Shown: positions 29,954-39,679, numbered from the stretch's first letter. The stretch: 64,000 nt of DNA from Gammaproteobacteria bacterium (GCA_047639475.1 JBLIOD010000004.1:14159-78158), one strand, 5' to 3'. The notes: generated by a model from the sequence alone, not told the origin. Numbers and translations are program-made.

Positions 29954-30197
29954 AAAGCTCGTTTATAATTAATGAGTTATTGGAGAATTAGCAGGTGGCT
30001 AGTACCGCATTTATTGCGTGCTAGTATAGATAACGCGTACGGGGGCTAATCTGTTTTCCTCTATTAGTGAAGCTCGACCCGGAGATGTCGAGGTTGAAGT
30101 TGAGCGCGTCATCATTATTGATCAAACTCATCGTCAGTTAAAACAACGCCTAAGTGTTGAAGAAACCATCGCCCTTACGCATTCTGCTGGCGGCGAA

Positions 30198-31358
30198 GTG
30201 ATTCAAGTATTAACCGCTCTACGTGATAAACCCCATCCAGCCAGTTTTATTGGGTCCGGTAAAACTGAAGAGCTTAAGCAGTTGGTCGAGGCAGAACACG
30301 CCACCTTGGTGGTCGTTAACCATGCTATCTCTCCTATTCAAGAACGTAAGCTAGAGCAGGCTTTAGATTGCCGGGTGTTAGATCGCACAGGCTTAATATT
30401 AGACATCTTTGCTCAACGCGCTTCCTCTCACGAAGGTAAGTTGCAAGTAGAGTTGGCGCAGCTTAAGCATTTATCCACTCGGCTAGTGCGTGGTTGGACA
30501 CACTTAGAGCGTCAAAAGGGGGGTATCGGGTTAAGGGGGCCGGGTGAAACTCAATTGGAAACCGATAGACGGTTAATTGGCAAGCGCATTAAAACCCTAA
30601 GCTCTCGATTAGACAAACTCAGCAAACAACGTCATTTGCGCAGAAGGGCGCGCGGCAAGGTACCAATCCCCGTAATCTCACTATTAGGTTATACCAACGC
30701 GGGCAAGTCGACTCTGTTTAACCGGATTACGGGTGAAGATATATATGTGGCAGATCAGTTATTTGCTACGTTGGATCCCACCATGCGACGACTAAAGCTT
30801 GACGGTTTTGGCGACGTTGTGTTGTCTGATACAGTGGGTTTTATAGAGGACCTTCCACATACACTGGTGAATGCGTTTCACTCTACCTTAGAGGAGGTGG
30901 CTAACGCATCCGTGTTATTACACGTGGTGGATAAATCTGACGAAAATTATCTCTCTCATATTGACGAAGTAAACAAAGTTATAAAGGAGATTGGCGCAGA
31001 CGATATTCCCTTGATATTAATTTATAACAAGGTCGACCTGTGTGAGGAGAGCGCGGGTATCAGTGATTTAACGCCAGACGACCAACAGCGTTACCAAATT
31101 CAACTATCCGCGCAGACTGGCGAAGGAGTCGAGTTAGTTAATGAAGCGCTAACGCAAATTTTAGCTGAAGAGCATTTGGAGTATGAACTCACAATGTCTT
31201 ATGACCAAGCAAAACTGCACTCTGTGGTGCATCAAAAGTTTACCGTGTTAAGCGAACAAGAGACTGATCAAGGCTGGTCTTTATCAGTATTGCTTGATGG
31301 CTCTCAACTAGGCTGGTTAGAAAAGCACGAGGCGGGCAACTATATAATTAATCAGTAG
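30198..31358 (+). CDS. hflX: GTPase HflX. The coordinates give the minimal ORF from the first canonical start. The real N-terminus probably begins at CTG 30051.
   Basis: It is collinear with E. coli HflX (DRTGLILDIFAQRA..HEGKLQVELAQL.HL.TRLVRGWTHLERQKGGIGLRGPGETQLETDRR, GYTNAGKSTLFN, DTVGFI). It lies directly after hfq. Confidence 0.93.
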   Translation: MIQVLTALRDKPHPASFIGSGKTEELKQLVEAEHATLVVVNHAISPIQERKLEQALDCRVLDRTGLILDIFAQRASSHEGKLQVELAQLKHLSTRLVRGWTHLERQKGGIGLRGPGETQLETDRRLIGKRIKTLSSRLDKLSKQRHLRRRARGKVPIPVISLLGYTNAGKSTLFNRITGEDIYVADQLFATLDPTMRRLKLDGFGDVVLSDTVGFIEDLPHTLVNAFHSTLEEVANASVLLHVVDKSDENYLSHIDEVNKVIKEIGADDIPLILIYNKVDLCEESAGISDLTPDDQQRYQIQLSAQTGEGVELVNEALTQILAEEHLEYELTMSYDQAKLHSVVHQKFTVLSEQETDQGWSLSVLLDGSQLGWLEKHEAGNYIINQ

Positions 31359-31386
31359 TGAGATAGACGAAGTTCGAAGCGATATT

Positions 31387-31985
31387 ATGACTGCGTTTAT
31401 TGCTGGATTTTCACAGGGTTTTTCTTTGATTTTAGCTATCGACGCGCAAAATGCCTTTGTTCTAAAACAAGGTTTGAAAAAGCAACACGTATTTCTGATT
31501 AGCCTTATTTGTGCAGTTTCAGACGCCATATTAATTGCTTTAGGGGTTTCAGGCTTCGCTGTAATTGTCAGTGAGTTTCCTCTTATTGAAAGAATAGCCC
31601 GCTATGGCGGCGCCGCATTTCTCATAATTTATGCTTTAAGAAGCTTTAATTCGGCTTATAAGAATACCCACGCAATGCAAGCTGCAGCAGGTGTAGTTGA
31701 ATCCGCTTGGAAGGTTGCTATAACCTGCTTGGCCTTAACTTGGCTGAATCCCCATGTGTATCTGGATACGGTGTTTTTATTGGGTTCAATCTCCACCCAG
31801 TATAGTGATCATAAAGGCCAGTTTACGGTTGGTGCTATCTTGGCATCTTTTGTGTTTTTTTCTCGCTTGGGTATGGTGCAAGGCTTCTTGAGCCAGTGTT
31901 TGAAAAGCCCAGTTCATGGAAGGTACTAGAGGTAATTATTGGCGTGGTGATGTTGCTGATTGCGTTAAAGCTATTGTTAGGCTAA
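31387..31985 (+). pseudogene. argO: LysE/ArgO-family amino-acid exporter, frameshifted at a T7 run
   Basis: Frame 1 (31387-31929) matches ArgO up to GAILASFVFF and then reads nonsense to a stop. The adjacent frame entered from the T run, 31860-31985, reads FSLGYGARLLEPVFEKPSSWKVLEVIIGVVMLLIALKLLLG*, which is the expected ArgO C-terminus. The junction is the T7 run at 31855-31861. Confidence 0.8.
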
Positions 31986-32029
31986 CTTACCGACTTATAT
32001 CGGTACTTATCTAATTCAGAAGGACAAAC

Positions 32030-33691
32030 ATGAATCAAACAGCATTTATCAACGGCTCGGTCATTACCGTTAATCAGAAAGGCGATATGGCTCAAGCGGT
32101 ATTGGTCACTGGCCAACACATCTCAGCTGTCGGCTCGAACCAAGAAATCGAATCGCTGATCTCTGAATCGACAAGTGTGATTGATCTAGCTGGACGGACC
32201 TTAATGCCAGGATTCATTGATGCCCATAACCATTTAACTCATCAAGGCGCGGCGCTGGGAGCAGTTGATTTCTCTTTTTCAAATGTGGCTTCAATCGATC
32301 AATTACGAAAGGTCATTAAACAGGCGACTCAAACGATTGATAAGGGACAATGGATAAGAGGCTGGGGCTTAAACCATGAGAAATTTCCTGATGGCCGCGA
32401 GCCCACACGGTTTGATATAGATGATATTGCCCCAGATCACCCCGTTTGCGCAGTACATATCAGCGGACACAATGTGCTGGTGAACACCCACGCTTTAAAT
32501 TTAGCGAACGTCGATGAAAAGACGCCAGATCCGGAGGGCGGCAAGCTATCGAGAAGCGAAACGGGACAGATCACCGGTTTTGTTTATGATAGCGCGCAGC
32601 AATTAGTGATACCCACCAGTGTGAATGTCGGCCATCACGGGCCAGATATTGGTTATGATATCTCGTTAGATGAGCTGGTTGCTGATATAGATCGAGCTTG
32701 TAAAGCATATCTAAAAGTGGGCATAACCTCAGTAGTTGACCCACAAGTTACTACCCGTGAGATGCCGGGTTATATGGAAGCTAGAAAGCAGGGTAAGTTA
32801 ACGATAAAAACCACCTGCATGTACCTATCTAACCATCAAGATGCCATCAATGAGTTGGGTATTACTGACCACATTGGTAATGATCTATTGTCCATTGGCC
32901 CAATGAAGTATTATTGCGACGGCGCGCTAACGGGAGGGACCGCTTTGTTTTATAAAGATGAGCCGCAGGTTGAGTCAAAGTGCCAGTGCAACAAATCAGC
33001 AGGCCGTGGCTATACCTATTGGCCAGATATTGAGGCATTTAAAGAAGCCCTGATCGATACGCACGCTAGGGGTATGCAGTTTGGTGTGCATACGCAAGGC
33101 GATATGGCTTTAGATATCGTGTTGGATGCCATTGAAGAAGCGCATAAGCGCCACCCCCGTAATGATACTCGTCATCGAATTGAGCATTGTCACGGGGCTA
33201 CTGTGGCTCATATAGAACGCATTAAGCGGCTAGGCATCATACCTATCACACAACCTGGGCAAGTTGAAGAATCAGGTGATGATCTGATTGCTACTTACGG
33301 CGAGCGGCGAGCGCTCAAGTTCTGCCCGCTAAGAGATATGTTAGATAAGGGCGTACGGCCTGTTGTTAGTACTGATGCGTTCGTACAATCTTACAAACCT
33401 TTTGACGCCATTAGTGGTGCAGTAAATAGAATTTCAACTAATGGAACCAATATGGGTGAAGATCAGCGTATTAGTGTGATGGAAGCCATTAGAGCTTACA
33501 CTTACGATGCGGCTTATTCTGTGTATCAAGAACAAACCAAAGGCTCCATTGAAGTTGGAAAGTTGGCTGATTTGGTCGTATTAGAAACCGATATACTGTC
33601 AATTGAACGAACTGATATTGCCAGCCAGCAAGTCGCTATGACTATCAGTAATGGCCGAGTGGTATACGATTCGACTACTGGTTTGATATGA
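32030..33691 (+). CDS. Metal-dependent amidohydrolase (amidohydrolase-3 / YtcJ-like)
   Basis: 553 aa. It has the N-terminal PGFIDAHNH metal-binding motif, internal HTQGD and a distal VSTDA motif, typical of the TIM-barrel amidohydrolase superfamily. Confidence 0.8.
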   Translation: MNQTAFINGSVITVNQKGDMAQAVLVTGQHISAVGSNQEIESLISESTSVIDLAGRTLMPGFIDAHNHLTHQGAALGAVDFSFSNVASIDQLRKVIKQATQTIDKGQWIRGWGLNHEKFPDGREPTRFDIDDIAPDHPVCAVHISGHNVLVNTHALNLANVDEKTPDPEGGKLSRSETGQITGFVYDSAQQLVIPTSVNVGHHGPDIGYDISLDELVADIDRACKAYLKVGITSVVDPQVTTREMPGYMEARKQGKLTIKTTCMYLSNHQDAINELGITDHIGNDLLSIGPMKYYCDGALTGGTALFYKDEPQVESKCQCNKSAGRGYTYWPDIEAFKEALIDTHARGMQFGVHTQGDMALDIVLDAIEEAHKRHPRNDTRHRIEHCHGATVAHIERIKRLGIIPITQPGQVEESGDDLIATYGERRALKFCPLRDMLDKGVRPVVSTDAFVQSYKPFDAISGAVNRISTNGTNMGEDQRISVMEAIRAYTYDAAYSVYQEQTKGSIEVGKLADLVVLETDILSIERTDIASQQVAMTISNGRVVYDSTTGLI

Positions 33692-33696
33692 CAGAA

Positions 33697-34167
33697 TTAT
33701 GAGTGGCTCTTAGTCCGCAGCATATCGATATGCATGATGCCATCTTCATCATAAGCATCGGAAATACTAGTAAATCCGAAGCCGACGTAAAACGCTTCTA
33801 AGTACACCTGAGCGGATATTTTTATTGCGTCTTTGGGGTAGTCTTGATCCAGTTTTTGCAATGCCTTGCTAATCAGTTGTTTGCCTGAGCCCTTACCCCG
33901 AAATCGATTGTCGATCAAAACACGGCCAATCGATACCTCTGGAAATTTTATGCCCGCCGTGAAAACCCTTAAATAGGCTGCAAGCGCATCTTGGTTATCG
34001 CCATCCGACGCATAACCAAAAAGATGATGGGCGAGGGGGTCTAATGAATCGATGTCTGGGTAAAGACATTGTTGTTCTAGAATAAATACATCTTGGCGCA
34101 GCTTGAGCATTTCGTGCATTTGTGCCGCCGTGATTTCATCAAAGCGTTTCCATTGCCATTCAATCAC
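33697..34167 (-). CDS. GNAT family N-acetyltransferase (ElaA-like)
   Basis: 156 aa with the acetyl-CoA binding motif RFRGKGSGKQLI. Its size and layout resemble ElaA. Its start overlaps the stop of the upstream gene by 4 nt. Confidence 0.75.
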   Translation of the reverse strand: MIEWQWKRFDEITAAQMHEMLKLRQDVFILEQQCLYPDIDSLDPLAHHLFGYASDGDNQDALAAYLRVFTAGIKFPEVSIGRVLIDNRFRGKGSGKQLISKALQKLDQDYPKDAIKISAQVYLEAFYVGFGFTSISDAYDEDGIMHIDMLRTKSHS

Positions 34168-36218
34168 GAGCTAAAGTCCTCACGCAGTGTTTCGACATGC
34201 GGCGCATCTAGGGCTCGGCCAATTTCGTGTCCAGAATAAGTGGCGGCGGCGATCAATCCTGGCGCCAAACAATCTCCAATGGCATTGACAGTGATAATGC
34301 CTGCATCTTGCCACTGGTCTTGTTGATCAAGTAAATCAGTTGATAACTGATCGTTGGGTAACCTAGAGGTGACGGGAATAAGTGCGCTACATTCGATTGT
34401 TTTTGGCTTCCCTGAGTAAACACATTCAAGTGTTAGGCTTGCGCCGTTCATATCCAACAACTGATGCAATGGAATAATTTCCACATTCAAATCGATCAGC
34501 CTTTTTTGAATTCTTGATTGCTCTAGTGTATTTGTCGACCATTGAGCCACCACCGCAGACGGCGTAACATAAATGGTTTTTCTGTCGGTCTTTGCAACCA
34601 ACTCAGCGAGTACACTGCCGAGGTAAAAACGATCGTCATCAAAAATAACAACCGGGCCATTGGGAAGGATCTCTGGGCCATCGCGCATCAAGTTGTCCGC
34701 GCCTATTACGTGTTGGTTCTCAAGAAAGGGCAACGGTTTTCTGTGCACCCGTCCTGCACCGTCTGTTCGCCAACTCGCACCAGTCGCCACAACCACATTT
34801 TGAATGCCGTAACTCAGCACATCTTCTGGCGACAATGAGCTATCTAAATACATATCGACATTGGTCATTTGTTGCAATTGGCCTACTCGCCAATCTCGAA
34901 CGCGTGCCCACTGGGCAAGGCCCGGCAATGCGCTTTCAAGCGTGACTCGTCCTCCCCAATGTTTGTCAGCATCAGCCAGTGTGACTTCTGCGCCGCGCTT
35001 GGCTAAAACATGGGCTGCTTCCAGACCCGCAGGTCCGCCCCCAATGATTAAAGTAGGTTTAGGTGGTGTGGTACTACTTACAATCTCAGGGTGCCACCCG
35101 CGGCGCCATTCTTCACCGACGGTGGGGTTTTGCGTGCAACGCATTGGCACACACATGAAGTCGCCGCTGACACAAATATTGCAGCCAATACATTCTCGTA
35201 TTTCTTCACTGCGGCCTTCTTTTATCTTATTAGGTAGAAACGGATCCGCGATGGAAGGGCGAGCGGCCCCAATGAAATCTAACTTTCTCTTGTTGATTAG
35301 ATTAACCATGGTGTCGGGTGAGGTATAGCGACCAACGCCTACTACTGGTTTACTGGTAGCTGACTTAACGAACTCGGTGTATTTATCCTGAAAGCCTTCC
35401 TCAGAAAAGCGAGAGCTTTGGCTGTCATTTGACCATCCAGATAGATTAACATCCCACAAATCAGGTTCTTCGGCCAGCGCTTCGATGATGTCTTTTCCTT
35501 CGACGTCATAGCGCAGACCTTCATCTCCCATTAACTCATCGACGGCCAGTCTTACCGCTACCGCACAAGTATCACCAACCGCCTCTTTGGTGTCTGCTAT
35601 TACCTCGCGAAATAAACGCAAACGGTTCTCAAACGAGCCACCGTATTCGTCGGTGCGATGGTTGTGACGGCTTAAGAGAAAGTGCTGAAGCAATGTCATA
35701 TCATGTCCTGCGTAGACATAAATGATATCAAAGCCCGCTTTCTTAGCCCGTATGGCCGCATCTACATGCCATTGTCTAAATTGACGGATGTCGCTTTTAC
35801 TCATGCCTTTGGCTTGCACTGGATCATCTGAGCCAACGATAGCGTGTGAAGGCGCAAGCGGCGTTACGCGGCTGTATCGATTGCTGGTGTGCAGTCCATT
35901 ATGGACTAGTTGTATCGCTGCCAAGCTACCATGCTGATGTACGGCAGCGGTCATCTTTTGTAGAGTGGGTATATCTTGTTCGCTCCATAGGCGTGATTCG
36001 TTTGAGGGAGTGATATCGGAGCTGGCATGAATTTCAGTTTCTTGCGTTGATACTACACCCCATCCACCTTGAGCTTTTACGCCTCGATGATGTGCCTCGG
36101 TATTTGGATGACGATAACCCATGCCGGTGCAATGTGGAACTTGATAAAAACGATTAGGGGCAGTGACAGGCCCTATTTGGACAGGCTCAAATAATACATC
36201 GTATCGAGGATTGCGCAT
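34164..36218 (-). CDS. Trimethylamine/dimethylamine/histamine-dehydrogenase-family iron-sulfur flavoprotein
   Basis: 684 aa. The N-terminus NPRYDVLFEPVQIGPVTAPNRFYQVPHC is very like TMADH, including the Cys that carries 6-S-cysteinyl FMN. Also present are RPSIADPFLPNKI, the 4Fe-4S motif CIGCNICVS...C.....CTQN, GWHPE and an ADP-binding domain GGGPAGLEAA. Confidence 0.8.
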   Translation of the reverse strand: MRNPRYDVLFEPVQIGPVTAPNRFYQVPHCTGMGYRHPNTEAHHRGVKAQGGWGVVSTQETEIHASSDITPSNESRLWSEQDIPTLQKMTAAVHQHGSLAAIQLVHNGLHTSNRYSRVTPLAPSHAIVGSDDPVQAKGMSKSDIRQFRQWHVDAAIRAKKAGFDIIYVYAGHDMTLLQHFLLSRHNHRTDEYGGSFENRLRLFREVIADTKEAVGDTCAVAVRLAVDELMGDEGLRYDVEGKDIIEALAEEPDLWDVNLSGWSNDSQSSRFSEEGFQDKYTEFVKSATSKPVVGVGRYTSPDTMVNLINKRKLDFIGAARPSIADPFLPNKIKEGRSEEIRECIGCNICVSGDFMCVPMRCTQNPTVGEEWRRGWHPEIVSSTTPPKPTLIIGGGPAGLEAAHVLAKRGAEVTLADADKHWGGRVTLESALPGLAQWARVRDWRVGQLQQMTNVDMYLDSSLSPEDVLSYGIQNVVVATGASWRTDGAGRVHRKPLPFLENQHVIGADNLMRDGPEILPNGPVVIFDDDRFYLGSVLAELVAKTDRKTIYVTPSAVVAQWSTNTLEQSRIQKRLIDLNVEIIPLHQLLDMNGASLTLECVYSGKPKTIECSALIPVTSRLPNDQLSTDLLDQQDQWQDAGIITVNAIGDCLAPGLIAAATYSGHEIGRALDAPHVETLREDFSS

Positions 36219-36224
36219 GGCGTT

Positions 36225-37859
36225 TTATGTTCTTTTCATTTGTTGGCGCAATACAAATTTTTGTATTTTACCGGTCGAAGTTTTAGGTAGCTCCATAAAC
36301 ACGACTTTGGTGGGGCACTTAAAATGGGCAATTTTGTCACGACAAAATGCAATGATGCCGGCTTCGTCCACTTGCGGGGAATCATCAGTTGGTTTTGTTT
36401 GTAACTCGACGAACGCACAAGGGGTTTCACCCCACTTGTCGTCAGGTTTTGCCACTACCGCTACCGCAGAGACTTGTGGATGGTCATAGATACAAGACTC
36501 AACTTCAATAGATGAAATATTTTCACCACCAGAAATAATGATGTCTTTAGAACGGTCTTTAAGTTGAATATAGCCGTCTGGATAGCAGACGCCTAAATCT
36601 CCTGAATGAAACCATTCTCCTTCAAAAGCTTCTTTCGTGGCTTCAGGGTTTTTATAATAGCCCTTCATGATGTTGTTGCCTCTGAAAAATACTTCACCCA
36701 GTGTCTCTCCATCTTGAGGAACAGCTTGCATTGTTTCAGGTTCAAATATTTGTATTGATTCGCCCACGGTGTAATTTACGCCTTGGCGTGCATTTTGCGC
36801 TGCTTGTTCTTCTAGTGGCAACCTATCCCAACTGCTTTGCCAGGCGCATACAGTTGCGGGTCCGTAGGTTTCAGTTAAGCCATAAACATGGGTTACCTCA
36901 AAGCCTTGTTGTTGCATTTTTTGTAAAACAGAAGCGGGTGGCGGCGCGGCGGCGGTCATCACTTTGCAAGTGTGATCAAATTCTCTACGCTCCGTTTCGC
37001 TGACTCCCATCACCATACTCAGTACGGTCGGCGCACCACAAAAGTGGTCGACTTTGTTTTCGGCGATGGCGTGGTAGATGTTGGCGCCGTTGACTTTTCT
37101 CATGCAAACATTAGTACCCGCACGCGCGGCAACGCTCCAAGGAAAACACCAACCGTTGCAATGAAACATCGGCAAACTCCACAGGTAGGTGGCATGCTTT
37201 GGCATGTCCCACTCTAGGATGTTACTCATTGCCGTTAGGTAGGCCCCGCGGTAGTGATATAGCACGCCTTTAGGTTTGCCTGTGGTGCCTGAGGTGTAAT
37301 TAAGTGACAAATTGTCCCAGTCATCCACCGTAGCGTAGTCACTGAACTCAGGATCACCGGTTGCGATAAATGCTTCGTATTCTTGTTGGCCTATAAGTGT
37401 CCCAGCAGGCGCTTTTGGGTCGTCGATATCAATAATAATCGGTGGTGAAGCCAGTGTTTGAATAGCTGTACTAACGACATCTGAGAACTCGCGATCACAT
37501 ACCAATACCTTGCACTCACTGTGCTCGAGGATGTAGGCGATGGTGTCACTGTCTAAGCGGCAGTTAATGGCATTAAGCACAGCACCTAGCATCGGCACAC
37601 CAAAGTGCGCTTCGTAAAGTTCAGGTGTATTGGCGGCGATATAAGAAACCGTGTGGCCTTTTTGGATGCCTATTTTTTGTAAAGCGCTGGCCAGTTGCTT
37701 ACAGCGTTTTAATGTTTGCTGCCAAGTAAACTGCTTGTCGCCATAAACAATGGCGGTATGCTCGGGGTATACAGCTGCTGAGCGACTTAAAAATTGAATG
37801 GGGTTAAGCGCACTATAGTTAGCTTCACGCGGTTTAAGGTAGTCTATATTTTCTGCCAT
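36225..37859 (-). CDS. AMP-forming acyl-CoA synthetase (medium/short-chain type)
   Basis: 544 aa with AMP-binding motifs YTSGTTGKPKGV, TYGPAT, GEWFHSGDLG and SGGENISS, and a terminal TSTGKIQKF. Confidence 0.85.
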   Translation of the reverse strand: MAENIDYLKPREANYSALNPIQFLSRSAAVYPEHTAIVYGDKQFTWQQTLKRCKQLASALQKIGIQKGHTVSYIAANTPELYEAHFGVPMLGAVLNAINCRLDSDTIAYILEHSECKVLVCDREFSDVVSTAIQTLASPPIIIDIDDPKAPAGTLIGQQEYEAFIATGDPEFSDYATVDDWDNLSLNYTSGTTGKPKGVLYHYRGAYLTAMSNILEWDMPKHATYLWSLPMFHCNGWCFPWSVAARAGTNVCMRKVNGANIYHAIAENKVDHFCGAPTVLSMVMGVSETERREFDHTCKVMTAAAPPPASVLQKMQQQGFEVTHVYGLTETYGPATVCAWQSSWDRLPLEEQAAQNARQGVNYTVGESIQIFEPETMQAVPQDGETLGEVFFRGNNIMKGYYKNPEATKEAFEGEWFHSGDLGVCYPDGYIQLKDRSKDIIISGGENISSIEVESCIYDHPQVSAVAVVAKPDDKWGETPCAFVELQTKPTDDSPQVDEAGIIAFCRDKIAHFKCPTKVVFMELPKTSTGKIQKFVLRQQMKRT

Positions 37860-37861
37860 AC

Positions 37862-38794
37862 CTAACTGTTTTGGGGGCTATTTTTGTGACTATTTTGGAG
37901 GTTATTTTGTCGAAGAATAGGGCGAGTCATACAAGTAGGGCCTCCTTCGCAAGGAATGCATAACTCATCGGCCTGAAAAGTAATCACTTCACAACCTGCT
38001 TCTCTCATTAAGGCTTGGGTTTTAGGAAAACCATCTACCGCAATACAGTGCTTAGGCGCTGTAGCCAGCACGTTTAAATTTAAGCCTAAGCTGGCTTCAA
38101 ACTCATCTTCCGGTGCTTCAATCAACAAATATCCCATCTCCTGCATCAGTTGATACAACGCCGTGGGCATAAGGGGGGCATAGACCAAGGCGACTTTTTC
38201 AGCCAATGGGCTGACCACAGACATTAAGTGGAGGCAAGCTTCGCTGCCTTTATACACGGGTAAGTCGAAATCGAGCACGTTAATACCTTGAGGCTCTAAA
38301 ATAGTGCGGACCTGTTTGACGCCTTCAATGTTGGTGCGAAACCCGCGACCAACCGCGAGCGTGATGTCATCCAACCAAAAGCAGTCGCCGCCTTCAAATT
38401 TACCGGGCGATTCTAAAATACCAATAATAGGGATGTTTTGATCTTGATAGAAAGCTTGGTGTAACTGGGCTTCAGGTTCACGTAGCGACTTCCCAGGCTT
38501 TAAAATAATCGCCCCCGCTGGAGTCATAAAAGAAGGATCGTAAGTGAAAACTGAGTCGGCTAAGCCGTCATCTTCATCCGATATCCACAAAATTTCACAT
38601 CCTGCGCCAGATACCAAATCAGTGAAGCGTTGATATTGTTCTGCTAATTTAGTGGCGTTTAGGTCTTTCGCGTAATGCCATTTCTTTGAGTCCGCATTGA
38701 GCAATGCCTTGCCAGGTTTACGCATGGCGACGCGAGTGAGAGGGGCCACCATACTTGAGGTGCCATATAATGCTTGATTCGATTCAGTAGTCAT
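37862..38794 (-). CDS. Amidinotransferase-superfamily hydrolase (dimethylarginine dimethylaminohydrolase / arginine-deiminase-like)
   Basis: 310 aa. It has EGGDCFWLDD..LAVGRGFRTN and a C-terminal catalytic-Cys motif CEGGPTCMTRP, typical of DDAH/ADI-type guanidino-modifying enzymes. Confidence 0.68.
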   Translation of the reverse strand: MTTESNQALYGTSSMVAPLTRVAMRKPGKALLNADSKKWHYAKDLNATKLAEQYQRFTDLVSGAGCEILWISDEDDGLADSVFTYDPSFMTPAGAIILKPGKSLREPEAQLHQAFYQDQNIPIIGILESPGKFEGGDCFWLDDITLAVGRGFRTNIEGVKQVRTILEPQGINVLDFDLPVYKGSEACLHLMSVVSPLAEKVALVYAPLMPTALYQLMQEMGYLLIEAPEDEFEASLGLNLNVLATAPKHCIAVDGFPKTQALMREAGCEVITFQADELCIPCEGGPTCMTRPILRQNNLQNSHKNSPQNS

Positions 38795-38798
38795 GGTG

Positions 38799-39158
38799 TT
38801 ATTTTAGGCCAAAGAAAGGTTTAACGCTTAGGTAGACAATACCGCAAGCAATCAGGGAGTAAATCAAAAACTGTCCGGGTCGCTGTTTAAAGATACTCCA
38901 CAGCGTTTCGTGTCGGTCGTGTTGTTTGTCATCAGCTAACTGGGCATTGGCCTCACGGTAACGACGGTCTTGATAATGAGTTAGTAATTGGCTAGCGGTA
39001 TCAAACTTGCTATCACCATCAACCCAAATGGCGGCAGTACCTAAGCCTAAAAAACCACCACTGGTTTCTCGATAATTAATATCATTCTCATCTAGCAATG
39101 ACCTCACCTCGATCGCTTCATCTTCGGGTACGTTTCTAAGGCGAAACAATAATGGCAT
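38799..39158 (-). CDS. Small conserved hypothetical protein with a C-terminal TM helix
   Basis: 119 aa ORF that shares 1 nt (TAATG) with the folA stop. It has a soluble N-terminal domain and a hydrophobic C-terminus (FLIYSLIACGIVYL). I recognise no catalytic motif. Confidence 0.5.
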   Translation of the reverse strand: MPLLFRLRNVPEDEAIEVRSLLDENDINYRETSGGFLGLGTAAIWVDGDSKFDTASQLLTHYQDRRYREANAQLADDKQHDRHETLWSIFKQRPGQFLIYSLIACGIVYLSVKPFFGLK

Positions 39159-39679
39159 TACACGGCGTCCAAAAAGGTCAGTGCTTGAGTGTTACTGGCA
39201 TCTGATTGTAGGATGAAACGTTGATTTATCAGTCGAGGGTCAGCTGCCAAGGGTTTGCTTGGTCCAGCAACCCACCGCGCCTCTGTTATCTCTGGAAAGG
39301 TTACGGAGCCCGTTTTGTCAATATGATCTGGCACCGTAGTAATATCCAATAAATTACATCTCATGAGTGTTTCTTTGTATATCTGACCGCCGCCGATCAC
39401 CCAGATATTTTCATCTTCAGCCACGGCGTTAAATGCCGCATCGATAGAGTCGTAGCATTCAACATTGCTCACGCCTTTGCGGCTGATAACGATGTTCCTT
39501 CTTTTTGGTAAGGGCTTACTGCCAATCGACTCCCAAGTATTTCGACCCATTATCACCACTGAGTTTAGGGTCACTCGCTTAAATCGTTTGAAATCTTCGG
39601 TGTAATGCCAAGGGATCGTATTTTCAGATCCAATCACGCGATCTTCGGTCATTGCAGCGATTGCGCCGATAATTCTCAT
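39158..39679 (-). CDS. folA: Dihydrofolate reductase
   Basis: 173 aa. AAMTEDRVIG.ENTIPWH...D.KRFK..T....VIMGR.TWESIG.KPLP.R.NIV.SR and VIGGGQIY. It has an ATGA overlap with thyA. Confidence 0.9.
   Translation of the reverse strand: MRIIGAIAAMTEDRVIGSENTIPWHYTEDFKRFKRVTLNSVVIMGRNTWESIGSKPLPKRRNIVISRKGVSNVECYDSIDAAFNAVAEDENIWVIGGGQIYKETLMRCNLLDITTVPDHIDKTGSVTFPEITEARWVAGPSKPLAADPRLINQRFILQSDASNTQALTFLDAV

Noticed and set aside
34861-35328. Long antisense ORFs inside well-supported genes. This one is 155 aa. Others include 44145..44585, 45700..46092, 45797..46153, 12042..12422, 52908..53249, 53823..54215, 58063..58511 and 36163..36489.
   Set aside because: They are shadow ORFs opposite strongly conserved coding sequence. 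They have low-complexity Ser/Arg/Pro-rich translations and no start context. I have no independent evidence that they are expressed.
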